From an uncultured Deinococcaceae bacterium (lineage in GTDB: Bacteria > Deinococcota > Deinococci > Deinococcales > Deinococcaceae): a stretch of DNA of 64,000 nt. The notes below the pieces were generated by a model that did not search any database, had not been told where the DNA came from, and was given only the letters and a program-made list of their open reading frames with translations. Position 1 is the first letter of the stretch; every line of letters begins with the position of its first letter. Of this stretch, positions 1-10,745 are shown one piece after another. Location of the stretch: positions 57,066-121,065 of the forward strand of contig CAXULY010000012.1 in assembly GCA_964252075.1 (NCBI GenBank). Direction: 5' to 3'. The position numbers and the translations under genes were made by a program.

Positions 1-612
1 GACGAACGCGAGTACGCCGATCTGAACATCCAGGACGACGCGGACAGCTTCTCGCTGTACGAGACGCTGGAGAAGGACATCGCGCCGCTCTTCTACCGCC
101 GCAACGACGCCGGGCACAACCACGAGTGGCTCTCGCGCGTGCGCCGCGCCATCGAGACCGTCACGCCCGAGTTCAGCATGCAGCGCCAGGTCATTGATTA
201 CGCCACGAAGTACTACCTGCCGCTCAGCGAGCGGCAGCAGGCGGTGCGCCAAGACGACCTCGCGCTCGCCCGCACGCTCGGCGGGTGGAAGGCCTGGATT
301 CGCCAGCAGTGGCCGCACGCCAGCGTCACGGCGAGCGCGCAGCTGCCCGCCGCCGTGAACCCCGGCCAGACCGTCACGGTGCAGGCGCAGGTGCAGCCCG
401 CCGGCATCCAGGAGCGCGAACTGCACGTGGAGGCGGTGCTGCGGCGCGGCGACGACCTCACGCGCGTGCCGCTCACCGCGCAGGGCGGCGGGCGCTACGA
501 GGCGCTCATCCCGCTGAACGACAGCGGCCTGTACTCGGTGGGCGTGCGCATGTACCCCACCCGCCCGGAACTCGGGGGCGAGTTCGAGACGGGCCTCGCC
601 AAGTGGGCCTGA
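1..612 (+). CDS. glgP: alpha-glucan (glycogen) phosphorylase, C-terminal part (5' end outside window)
   Basis: Frame is open from base 1: DEREYADLNIQDDADSFSLYETLEKDIAPLFY...FSMQRQVIDYATKYY, the typical C-terminus of GlgP-type phosphorylases, followed by a beta-sandwich tail. Confidence 0.8.
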   Translation, partial: DEREYADLNIQDDADSFSLYETLEKDIAPLFYRRNDAGHNHEWLSRVRRAIETVTPEFSMQRQVIDYATKYYLPLSERQQAVRQDDLALARTLGGWKAWIRQQWPHASVTASAQLPAAVNPGQTVTVQAQVQPAGIQERELHVEAVLRRGDDLTRVPLTAQGGGRYEALIPLNDSGLYSVGVRMYPTRPELGGEFETGLAKWA

Positions 613-697
613 ACCACGCGTAGTGGGTGGGGCCGCAGCGCGCGCTGCGGCCCACTTGTCTTGCCCGTCCGGTCGCCCCGCGGCTGGACGCATTACC

Positions 698-1588
698 ATG
701 ACGGTCGTGGCCCGCTCGTCCGCCCTCCCCCGCCCGCCCCTGCCGCCCATCCCGGCGGCCCTGGCGGCCATGGTGTCCATTCAGGGCGGCGCGGCGCTCG
801 CCAAGGGCCTGTTCGCGGTGGCGGGACCCCTCGGCACCACGGGCCTGCGCGTGACGCTCGCGGCGGTCCTGCTGAGCCTCGTGAGCGTGCCCGCTCTGCG
901 CGGCCTGCGCGCCGCACAGTGGCGGGCACTGCTGCCGTACGGCGTGGTGCTGGGCGTCATGAACCTCTGCTACTACGTGGCGCTCAGCCACCTGCCGCTC
1001 GCGCTGGCCGTCACTCTGGAGTTCGTGGGACCACTCGGCGTGGCGGTGCTGTCCAGCCGCCGCGCGCTGGACGTCCTGTGGGTGCTGCTCGCCGCGGCGG
1101 GCATCGCGCTCATCACGCCGTGGCAGGCGGGCAGCGACGTGAGCCTGCTCGGCGTGGCGTTCGCACTCGCGGCCGGGGTGTGCTGGGGACTGTACATCGT
1201 GCTGGGTCAGCGCGCGTCGAAGGCCGTGCAGGGCCGCGCGGCGGTCGCGGGCGGCATGCTGTTCGCGGCGGTTGTCGCGCTGCCCTTCGGGCTGTTCGCG
1301 GGCGGCGCGGCGCTCCTGAACCCCGCCGCGCTCGGCGTGGGCCTCCTGGTGGCGCTGCTGTCCAGCGCCCTCCCGTACAGCCTGGAGATGGCGGCGCTGC
1401 GCGCGCTGCCTGCCCGCACCTTCGGCGTGCTGATGAGCGTGGAGCCCGCATTCGCGGCCCTGATCGGCCTGATCTTCCTGCACGAGCAGCTGAGCACGTG
1501 GCAGTGGCTGGCGATCGCGTGCGTCATCACCGCGAGCGCCGGCAGCACCCTCGGCGCGAGAAACACCCCCGCCCCCGTCGAGGTGTGA
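698..1588 (+). CDS. EamA/RhtA-family (DMT) threonine/homoserine exporter
   Basis: About 10 TM helices; motifs SIQGGAALAK, VTLEFVGPL, ALPYSLEM, FGVLMSVEP; ATG at 698. Confidence 0.85.
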   Translation: MTVVARSSALPRPPLPPIPAALAAMVSIQGGAALAKGLFAVAGPLGTTGLRVTLAAVLLSLVSVPALRGLRAAQWRALLPYGVVLGVMNLCYYVALSHLPLALAVTLEFVGPLGVAVLSSRRALDVLWVLLAAAGIALITPWQAGSDVSLLGVAFALAAGVCWGLYIVLGQRASKAVQGRAAVAGGMLFAAVVALPFGLFAGGAALLNPAALGVGLLVALLSSALPYSLEMAALRALPARTFGVLMSVEPAFAALIGLIFLHEQLSTWQWLAIACVITASAGSTLGARNTPAPVEV

Positions 1589-1765
1589 ACAGCGCCAGCG
1601 TTCTCCCCGCCTTTCAGTGAGCCCAAGCCGCGCGAGGGCCGACCACAGGAAAGCTCGCCCGCGAATGCCCAGCAGCGCTTTCCATACAGCGAAGCGCCAA
1701 GCGACCAGGCTCGGCGCTGGGAGCGAATGAGCAACCCAGCCACCTTTCCGGCCACCCATGCCCAG

Positions 1766-1818
1766 CGCACCCCCCAGCCCCCCTACCCCCAGAGGGGGCA
1801 GGGGGGCTGGGGGGTGCG
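1766..1818. repeat. Long GC-rich inverted repeat (REP-like hairpin) in an intergenic region
   Basis: CGCACCCCCCAGCCCCCCT (1766-1784) is the exact reverse complement of 1800-1818, with an inner CCCCC/GGGGG stem and an AGA loop. Confidence 0.75.
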
Positions 1819-1847
1819 GGCCACCCGCGCCATGAAAGCCAGCCACC

Positions 1848-1876
1848 AAAAAAGACGCCAGCCAAATCGGCTGGCG
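1848..1876 (-). terminator. Intrinsic terminator of the Rad52/DdrA-like gene
   Basis: Minus strand reads CGCCAGCC-GATTT-GGCTGGCG-TCTTTTTT, just downstream of the stop at 1895. Confidence 0.75.
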
Positions 1877-1894
1877 CCCCAATAAACCTCGCTG

Positions 1895-2752
1895 TTAGTC
1901 TGCCGCCTGCTGCGACGCCGCTTCGAGCTGCTTCGCCGCGCGGTACACGGTGGCCGCCTCACCTTCCGTGAGCCCGGCGAGGCCCGTGACCTCGAAGCCG
2001 AGCACCTTGGTGGCGTAGTCGGCGTGGCTCATGCTGGCGTACTCGGTGGTGCGCAGCACGACGCCGAGTTGCTCGTGGAGTTTCACGGCGCGCTCCTCAC
2101 CGATGGGTGGGGGGCCGTCCTCCGCGCAGCTCACGCCGGTGATGCCGTCCGGGTTGTAGCCGCTGACCTTGATGGCACCGAAGCGGGGGAGCTTCTCGGC
2201 GCGCGACAGGACCGCCTGCGTGAGCTGCGCGAGTTCCGCCTGTGCGTCGCGGGTGATGAACCACGTGGAGCCGTACTTCTCAACTTTCGCGCGGACCTGC
2301 GGGAAGCGGTACAGGAACGCGCCCACGCCGTACTGGACGGCGGCGCGTTTGAGGGCGTCGCTGTAGAGGTCCTTGGTGTCACTGTCCGGGCTGCGGCTGG
2401 GTTCGACGGTGCCGACGTCGCTGCGCGTCACGCCGCAGACGGTGAGTTTGCATTCCAGGGCGGGGAAGCCGACGGTGACGGGTGGGAGCACGTACTCGGT
2501 GCTCCAGGCGCCGGGCACCACGTCGTCGAGGTGGGCGGCGACGGTGCGGGCGTCGACGTACACGACGACCACGGCGTAGGCTTCACCCTGGCCTTCCTTG
2601 GGGTTGGCCTGGACCTTCCAGCGGATGTGTTCGGGCGCGAAGGGCTGGCGCAGGCGTTTGACCACCTCGGCGCTGAGGCTGTCCGGGGTGGCGCGCATGG
2701 GCCGCGGCGCGGGTCGGGCGGCCTTCTTCGGGGTGGCTGCATCGTCTGGCAT
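1895..2752 (-). CDS. Rad52/Rad22-family single-strand annealing protein (DdrA-like)
   Basis: LRQPF..EHIRWK, YVDARTV..LDDV.PG.WS, CKLTVCGVTRSDVG and SDALKRAAVQYGVG.FLY match the DdrA/Rad52 core. GGAGG RBS precedes ATG 2752. The C-terminal third does not resemble canonical DdrA. Confidence 0.8.
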   Translation of the reverse strand: MPDDAATPKKAARPAPRPMRATPDSLSAEVVKRLRQPFAPEHIRWKVQANPKEGQGEAYAVVVVYVDARTVAAHLDDVVPGAWSTEYVLPPVTVGFPALECKLTVCGVTRSDVGTVEPSRSPDSDTKDLYSDALKRAAVQYGVGAFLYRFPQVRAKVEKYGSTWFITRDAQAELAQLTQAVLSRAEKLPRFGAIKVSGYNPDGITGVSCAEDGPPPIGEERAVKLHEQLGVVLRTTEYASMSHADYATKVLGFEVTGLAGLTEGEAATVYRAAKQLEAASQQAAD

Positions 2753-2769
2753 AGAAACCTCCGAAAACA

Positions 2770-2787
2770 ATTATACAAATAACAGAA
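2770..2787 (-). promoter_or_regulatory. TATAAT -10 box overlapped by an RDRM (DdrO operator)-like 17-mer
   Basis: Minus strand TTCTGTTATTTGTATAA (2771-2787) overlaps TATAAT (2770-2775) upstream of the Rad52-like gene. Confidence 0.65.
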
Positions 2788-2865
2788 CGAGATTGCCAGT
2801 GGCGGCGGTCCTGCATGAAGGATGCATGCCGCTCCAGCCGAGCTTCACCCAGTTATGCTGACCGC

Positions 2866-4296
2866 ATGCCCGCCCCCCTGGACGCCCGCGTGATCGGCTC
2901 CGGCCCGAACGGCCTCGCAGCGGCGATCACGCTCGCCCGCGCGGGCCTCAAGGTGCAGGTATACGAGCGGCACGCGCAGGTGGGGGGCGGTCTGAGCAGC
3001 GGCGCGCTTACCCTGCCGGGCTTCATGCATGACCTGGGCTCGGCGGTGCACCCGCTCGGCGCGGCCTCCCCCGGGTTCCGCGAGTGGCCGTTGCACGCCT
3101 TCGGCCTGGACTGGGTGCATTCGCCCAGCACCTTCGCGCACCCGCTTGATGAAGGGGCGGTCCTCCAAGACCGCTCGCTGGACGTGACTGCCGCCGCGCT
3201 CGGGCCGGACGGCCCCACGTACCGGGACCTCGTGGGGCCGCTGCTGCCGCACTGGGCGGACCTGCTAAACGACATCCTGAGGCCCCTCGTGCGGGTGCCG
3301 CGCCACCCCTTCACCCTCGCGCGCTTCGGGCTGCGGGCGGTGCAGAGCGCCGCCCTGATCGCCACACGCTTCCGCACTGAACAGGCGCGCGCCCTGTGGG
3401 GCGGGGTGGCCGCGCACGCGGGCCTGAACCTGAGCACACCCGCGAGTGCCGCGCCGGGCCTCGTGCTGCTGCTGATGGGGCACGCTGTGGGCTGGCCCTT
3501 CCCGCGCGGTGGGGCGGGCGCCTTCGCGGAGGCCCTGAGCGCCTACCTGACCTTCCTGGGCGGCGAGGTCGTGACGGGCGTGCAGGTGAACAGCTTGGAC
3601 GCCCTGCCACCCGCACGCGTCACGCTGGTGGACAGTGGCCCGGCGGAACTCGCGCGATTGCTCGGCGGCCCCGCCGGTGACTTCATCACCCACCGCGCCC
3701 GCCACTACGGTTACGGTCCCGGCAGCTTCAAGCTGGACTACGCCCTGAGCGGCCCCATCCCCTGGCGTGACCCGCGCGTGGGCCGCGCCGCGACCGTCCA
3801 CCTGGGCGGCACCTGGGAGGAGGTGGCGGGGGCCGAAGCGCGCGTGGCACGAGGCACAAGCGCGCCCTCCCCCTACGTACTGGTCACGCAGCCCAGCCTC
3901 TTCGACCCCACGCGCGCGCCCCCCGGGCAGCACACCTTGTGGGCGTACACGCACGTCCCGAACGGCAGCGCCGGGGACGCCACCGCCGCCATCGAGCGGC
4001 AACTGGAGCGCTTCGCGCCCGGCTGGCGCGACCTCGTGCTCGCGCGGCACGCCACGGCCGCCCCGGCCCTGCAGGCCTTCAGCCCCACCTTCATGGGCGG
4101 CGACGTGAACGGCGGGTCATCCAGTCTGTGGGGCCTGCTCGCGCGCCCGTGGCCGAGCGTGACGCCCTACCGTTCGGGCGTGCCGGGCGTGTACCTGTGC
4201 TCCGCCAGCACGCCGCCGGGCGGGGGCGTGCACGGCATGGCGGGGCACCACGCGGCCCTCACGGCGCTGCGCGACCACTTTCCGGGCGCGCGTTAG
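2866..4296 (+). CDS. Phytoene dehydrogenase-like NAD(P)/FAD-dependent oxidoreductase
   Basis: N-terminal [15 protein letters not shown] motif; C-terminal [24 protein letters not shown] 6 nt before the ATG (leaderless). Confidence 0.85.
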   Translation: MPAPLDARVIGSGPNGLAAAITLARAGLKVQVYERHAQVGGGLSSGALTLPGFMHDLGSAVHPLGAASPGFREWPLHAFGLDWVHSPSTFAHPLDEGAVLQDRSLDVTAAALGPDGPTYRDLVGPLLPHWADLLNDILRPLVRVPRHPFTLARFGLRAVQSAALIATRFRTEQARALWGGVAAHAGLNLSTPASAAPGLVLLLMGHAVGWPFPRGGAGAFAEALSAYLTFLGGEVVTGVQVNSLDALPPARVTLVDSGPAELARLLGGPAGDFITHRARHYGYGPGSFKLDYALSGPIPWRDPRVGRAATVHLGGTWEEVAGAEARVARGTSAPSPYVLVTQPSLFDPTRAPPGQHTLWAYTHVPNGSAGDATAAIERQLERFAPGWRDLVLARHATAAPALQAFSPTFMGGDVNGGSSSLWGLLARPWPSVTPYRSGVPGVYLCSASTPPGGGVHGMAGHHAALTALRDHFPGAR

Positions 4297-4993
4297 GCAG
4301 CGGCGCCTCCCCGCGCGCATACGCGACGGTGCGCTGCACGAGCACGTCTGTGGAACTCACGAGCGGCACGCTCAGGTCGCCCTGATCCAGCACCAGCGGC
4401 ACCTCCGTGCAGCCCGCGAGGATCACCCTCGCGCCCTGACCCAGCAGCAGGGCGGTAAGGCCGCGCATCTCGGCGCGCTCGTCCGGGCCGGTGTGCCCGG
4501 CCTTGATGCAGTACATCAGGTCCATGAAGCGCGCCTGCTGGGGCGCGGAGAGCGTCAGCACGTCCAGGCTACGCTCCGCGAGGGCTGTCTGGTACAGCGC
4601 GGCGCGCAGGGCGCCGTCCGCCGCGAGCAGGCCCACCCGCCGCGCGCCCGTGCGGGCCACCTCGTCCGCCGTCTCCTCGATGAGGCTCACGAAGGGAATC
4701 CTGACCGCTGCGCGGATGTCCGGGGCGTAGGCGTGCGCGGTGTTGCACACCAGCACCAGGAAGTCCGCGCCCGCCCCCTCCAGGCCGCGCGCCATGCCCA
4801 CCAGGGCGGGCGCGGCGCTGGGGCCGGTGCCCGCGAGGGCGGCGTTGCGGTCCGGCACCTGTGGGTTCACGTCCATCAGCACGCGCAGGTGGTCCTGGTC
4901 GCTGGTGGCGGGCGTGGCGCGCAGGAGCTTCGCGTAGAAGTCCAGCGTCGCTTCCGGCCCCAGGCCGCCCAGCACGCCGACCGTCAGGCTCAC
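4259..4993 (-). CDS. Aspartate/glutamate racemase family protein (possible cysteate racemase)
   Basis: [12 protein letters not shown]; catalytic cysteines in CNTAH and AGCTEVP; GTG start overlaps the upstream TGA (GTGA). Confidence 0.85.
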   Translation of the reverse strand: MSLTVGVLGGLGPEATLDFYAKLLRATPATSDQDHLRVLMDVNPQVPDRNAALAGTGPSAAPALVGMARGLEGAGADFLVLVCNTAHAYAPDIRAAVRIPFVSLIEETADEVARTGARRVGLLAADGALRAALYQTALAERSLDVLTLSAPQQARFMDLMYCIKAGHTGPDERAEMRGLTALLLGQGARVILAGCTEVPLVLDQGDLSVPLVSSTDVLVQRTVAYARGEAPLPNARPESGRAAP

Positions 4994-5985
4994 GAGCGGA
5001 GCACGTCCTGGTAGGCGTACAGGGCGGGCGCGCCGCCCGTGTGGAGGAACAGCACCTTCTGGCCGCGCTCCCACTGGCCGCGCCGCACGAGGTCAATGAG
5101 GCCCGCCACGGCCTTCCCGGTGTACACGGGGTCGAGGAGGATGCCGTCGAGGCGCGCGAGAAGCCGCACCGCCTCCACCATCTCGGGCGTGGGGAGGGAA
5201 TAGCCGGGACCCACCCACTCGTCGAGCGCCACGACCGCCTCGCGCGGGATGGCGGGCGCGTTCAGCAGTTCGGCGGTCTGCTGGGCGAGGGCGTGCACGT
5301 TGCCTTCCTGCTCGGCGCGCGGGCGGCGCACGTTGATGCCGGTGAGGGGGATGCCGGAGGCGTTCCCGGTGAGGCCCACCAGCAGGCCCGCGTGCGTGCC
5401 CGCGCTGCCGCTCGCGCACACCATGTGGTCGAGGGGGAGGCCCAGGTCGAAGGTCTGCGCGAGGATCTCCTCGGCGCACGCGACGTACCCGAGCGCGCCG
5501 AGCGGCGTGGAGCCCCCGCCGGGAATGATGTAGCCCTTGCGGCCCTGCGCGGCGAGGTCGTCCGCGATGGCCCGCATGGCGCCCGCGAGGTCCGCGCCGC
5601 CCTCCACCACCGTGACGGCCTCCACGCCCAGCAGGTCGAACAGGAAGTTGTTGCCGCTTGACCCAGGGTCGTAGCTATTCGGCACGCGCTGTTCCAGCAC
5701 GAGGCGGCACTTCATGCCCTCCCGCACGGCGGCGGCGAGGGTGAGTCGGCAGTGGTTGGACTGCACAGCGCCCACCGTGATGAGGGTGTCTGCGCCCTGC
5801 GCGAGGGCATCCGCGACGAGGAACTCCAGCTTGCGGGTCTTGTTGCCACCGCCCGTGAGGCCCGTCAGGTCGTCGCGCTTGATGTAGATATCGGGCCCGC
5901 CGAGGTGCGCGGTGAGGTGCGGCAGGAACTCGATGGGGGTCGGGGCGGGCGTGTAGCGGCGGCGGGGAAAGCGCGCAAGGTGCAT
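4990..5985 (-). CDS. D-cysteine desulfhydrase / cysteate sulfo-lyase family PLP enzyme
   Basis: IKRDDLTG..GGNKTRKLEF, QSNH, GSAGTHAG, LDPVYTGK and FLHTGG motifs. Confidence 0.9.
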   Translation of the reverse strand: MHLARFPRRRYTPAPTPIEFLPHLTAHLGGPDIYIKRDDLTGLTGGGNKTRKLEFLVADALAQGADTLITVGAVQSNHCRLTLAAAVREGMKCRLVLEQRVPNSYDPGSSGNNFLFDLLGVEAVTVVEGGADLAGAMRAIADDLAAQGRKGYIIPGGGSTPLGALGYVACAEEILAQTFDLGLPLDHMVCASGSAGTHAGLLVGLTGNASGIPLTGINVRRPRAEQEGNVHALAQQTAELLNAPAIPREAVVALDEWVGPGYSLPTPEMVEAVRLLARLDGILLDPVYTGKAVAGLIDLVRRGQWERGQKVLFLHTGGAPALYAYQDVLRS

Positions 5986-6147
5986 GTGGGCCTCCAGGGC
6001 AGGGTGATGGAAACGCGGCGGGATCGCTGACCTTTTCTATCATCTGCTGTGGGCGTGGCGCGGGCGCAGCTCAAGATTTCATGAGGGCGCATTGGGGGTT
6101 CGTCACCCCGTCACACCGCCCGTCGGCGGTCTCATACCCTCATGTCC

Positions 6148-7539
6148 ATGCAGAGCATCAACCCCGCGACGGGCGAGACCCTCGTCACCTTCGACACGCT
6201 CACGCCCGAGCAGGTGGAGGCGAAACTCGCGCTCGCGCAGCAGACCTTCCAGACCTACCGCCTCACCACCCTGGAGGAGCGCGCGGGGTGGCTCTCGCGC
6301 GCCGCCGAGCTGCTGGAGGAGCAGGTGGAGGCGCTCGCGCGCACCGCGACCCTGGAGATGGGCAAGACGCTGGAGGCGGCGCGGCAGGAGGTCAGGAAGT
6401 GCGCGAGCGCCTGCCGGTACTACGCGGAGCACGGCCCGCGCTTCCTGCAGGACGAGCCCGTGCAGACCGAGGCGGACGCCGCCTATGTGACGCACCAGCC
6501 GCTCGGGGTGGTGCTGGCGGTCATGCCGTGGAACTTCCCGTACTGGCAGGTGTTCCGCTTCCTGTGCCCGGCCCTCATGGCGGGCAACGTGGGCCTGCTG
6601 AAACACGCGAGCAACGTGCCGCAGTGCGCGCTCGCCATCGAGCGCGTGCTGCTGGAGGCGGGCTTCCCGCAGGGCGCGTTCCAGACCCTGCTGGTGGGCA
6701 GCGCGGACGTGGAGACCCTCCTGAAGGACGCGCGCGTGCGGGCCGTGAGCCTCACGGGTTCGGAGGCGGCGGGGCGCAGCGTGGCGGGCACCGCCGGGCG
6801 GGAACTGAAGCCCGCCGTGATGGAGCTGGGCGGCTCGGACCCCTTCATCGTGATGCCCAGCGCGGACCTGGACCTCGCGGTCAGGACGGCGGTGACGGCG
6901 CGCACCATCAACAACGGGCAGAGCTGCATCGCCGCGAAGCGCTTCATCGTGCACACGGCCGTGTACGCGGACTTCGAGGCGCGTTTCACGGCGGCCCTGG
7001 CGGCCCTGAAGCTGGGCGACCCGATGGATGAGGAGACGGACGTGGGGCCGCTCGCCACGCCGAAGATCCGCGAGGAGCTGCACGCGCAGGTGCGGGACGC
7101 CGTGCAGAAGGGCGCGCGCCTCCTCACGGGCGGCACCCTGCCGGACGGCGAGGGGAATTATTACCCCGTGACGGCCCTCGCGGGCCTCACGCCGGAGATG
7201 GGTGTGTGGCGCGAGGAGGTATTCGGGCCAGTCGCGCTGCTGTTCGAGGCACAGGACCTGGATCACGCGATCGAGCTGGCGAACGGCACGACCTTCGGGC
7301 TGGGGTCGAGCGCCTGGACGAACGACGAGGCGGAGCGCGCGCGCTTCATCCGGGACATCGAGGCGGGGAGTGTATTCATCAACAGCATGGTGGCGAGCGA
7401 TCCGCGCCTGCCCTTCGGCGGCGTGAAGGCGAGCGGTTTCGGGCGGGAGCTGTCGCACCACGGCCTGATGGAGTTCGTGAACGTCAAGACGGTGAGCGTG
7501 GGCGCGCCGTCCGGGGCGCATCACACCCGCACGGAGTAA
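6148..7539 (+). CDS. NAD(P)-dependent succinate-semialdehyde dehydrogenase
   Basis: INPATGE, VMPWNFP, LKHA, TGSE, MELGGSDP, NNGQSCIAAKR, EEVFGP, PFGGVK.SG.GRE. TACCCT lies 7 nt before ATG 6148 (alternative start 6142). Confidence 0.9.
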   Translation: MQSINPATGETLVTFDTLTPEQVEAKLALAQQTFQTYRLTTLEERAGWLSRAAELLEEQVEALARTATLEMGKTLEAARQEVRKCASACRYYAEHGPRFLQDEPVQTEADAAYVTHQPLGVVLAVMPWNFPYWQVFRFLCPALMAGNVGLLKHASNVPQCALAIERVLLEAGFPQGAFQTLLVGSADVETLLKDARVRAVSLTGSEAAGRSVAGTAGRELKPAVMELGGSDPFIVMPSADLDLAVRTAVTARTINNGQSCIAAKRFIVHTAVYADFEARFTAALAALKLGDPMDEETDVGPLATPKIREELHAQVRDAVQKGARLLTGGTLPDGEGNYYPVTALAGLTPEMGVWREEVFGPVALLFEAQDLDHAIELANGTTFGLGSSAWTNDEAERARFIRDIEAGSVFINSMVASDPRLPFGGVKASGFGRELSHHGLMEFVNVKTVSVGAPSGAHHTRTE

Positions 7540-7542
7540 AGC

Positions 7543-9852
<2,310 letters not shown>

Positions 9853-9873
9853 GCGCTCAGTGTAGCGCACTCC

Positions 9874-9890
9874 TTACGCTGTGGGCGTAA
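9874..9890. promoter_or_regulatory. RDRM (radiation/desiccation response motif, DdrO operator) upstream of recQ
   Basis: 17-bp palindrome TTACGCTGTGGGCGTAA located 22-38 nt upstream of the recQ start. Confidence 0.85.
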
Positions 9891-9896
9891 CTGCGG

Positions 9897-10670
9897 TCAG
9901 TGGCAGGCGGCCAGCCGGGTGGGCTCGCCGTCCGACTCCGGGTCGCCCGCCAGCACCGTGCGGTTGCGTCCCGCGCGCTTCGCGGCGTACAGGGCGCCGT
10001 CCGCGCGGGCGAGCAGGCGCTCGGCGGTGTCGCCCGGCACGCGGGCCGTCACGCCGACGCTGGTCGTCACCGCCACCATGCCAAGCTGCAGGCGGCCCTC
10101 CAGGTGGTGACGCAGGCGCTCCGCGATGCGCCGCGCCACCTCGGCGTCCGCGCCGGGCAGCAGCACCACGAACTCCTCGCCGCCCCAGCGGCCCTTCACG
10201 TCCTGCCCGCGCAGCGCCTCCTGCAGGGCGCGCGCGGCCTCCTGCAGCACGTGGTCCCCCATCAGGTGCCCGAAACGGTCGTTGATGCGCTTGAAGTGAT
10301 CGAGGTCGAGGAGCAGCAGGCCCAGCGGCTCGGCGGGGTCCGCGCTCAGGGCGCGGTCCAGCGCCTCGTTCAGCCCCCGGCGGTTGGTAAGGCCCGTGAG
10401 GCTGTCGGTGCGCGCCTCCCGTTCCGCGCGCAGGCGCGAGGCGCGCTCGCGCAGCAGCACGAACGCCAGGATCACGAGCGCGGTCATGGCGCTCAGCATC
10501 TCCAGGCGGGGCCAGCGCGTCAGGGCCAGGCCCACGCCCGCCACCAGCAGGGCCGCCAGGGGCAGCGCCCACGACGGCAGTTCCGCGCGGCGGGCGGGCA
10601 CGAGGCGGGAGCGGCGCCGTTCGGTCACGCGGCGGGAGGTCAGGCGGGGGGTCGGCAAAGTGACGGTCAC
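9897..10670 (-). CDS. Membrane-anchored diguanylate cyclase (GGDEF)
   Basis: Two TM segments; DSLTGL.NRR, DLDHFK.IND.FGH..GD, RGQD I-site and GGEEF. Confidence 0.9.
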   Translation of the reverse strand: MTVTLPTPRLTSRRVTERRRSRLVPARRAELPSWALPLAALLVAGVGLALTRWPRLEMLSAMTALVILAFVLLRERASRLRAEREARTDSLTGLTNRRGLNEALDRALSADPAEPLGLLLLDLDHFKRINDRFGHLMGDHVLQEAARALQEALRGQDVKGRWGGEEFVVLLPGADAEVARRIAERLRHHLEGRLQLGMVAVTTSVGVTARVPGDTAERLLARADGALYAAKRAGRNRTVLAGDPESDGEPTRLAACH

Positions 10671-10745
10671 GGGCGTCCTCCGAGGGTGATGAACGAATGA
10701 GGAACTGACGTGCCGCCAGCTTACAGGGCGGGCGTTACGCGGGCG

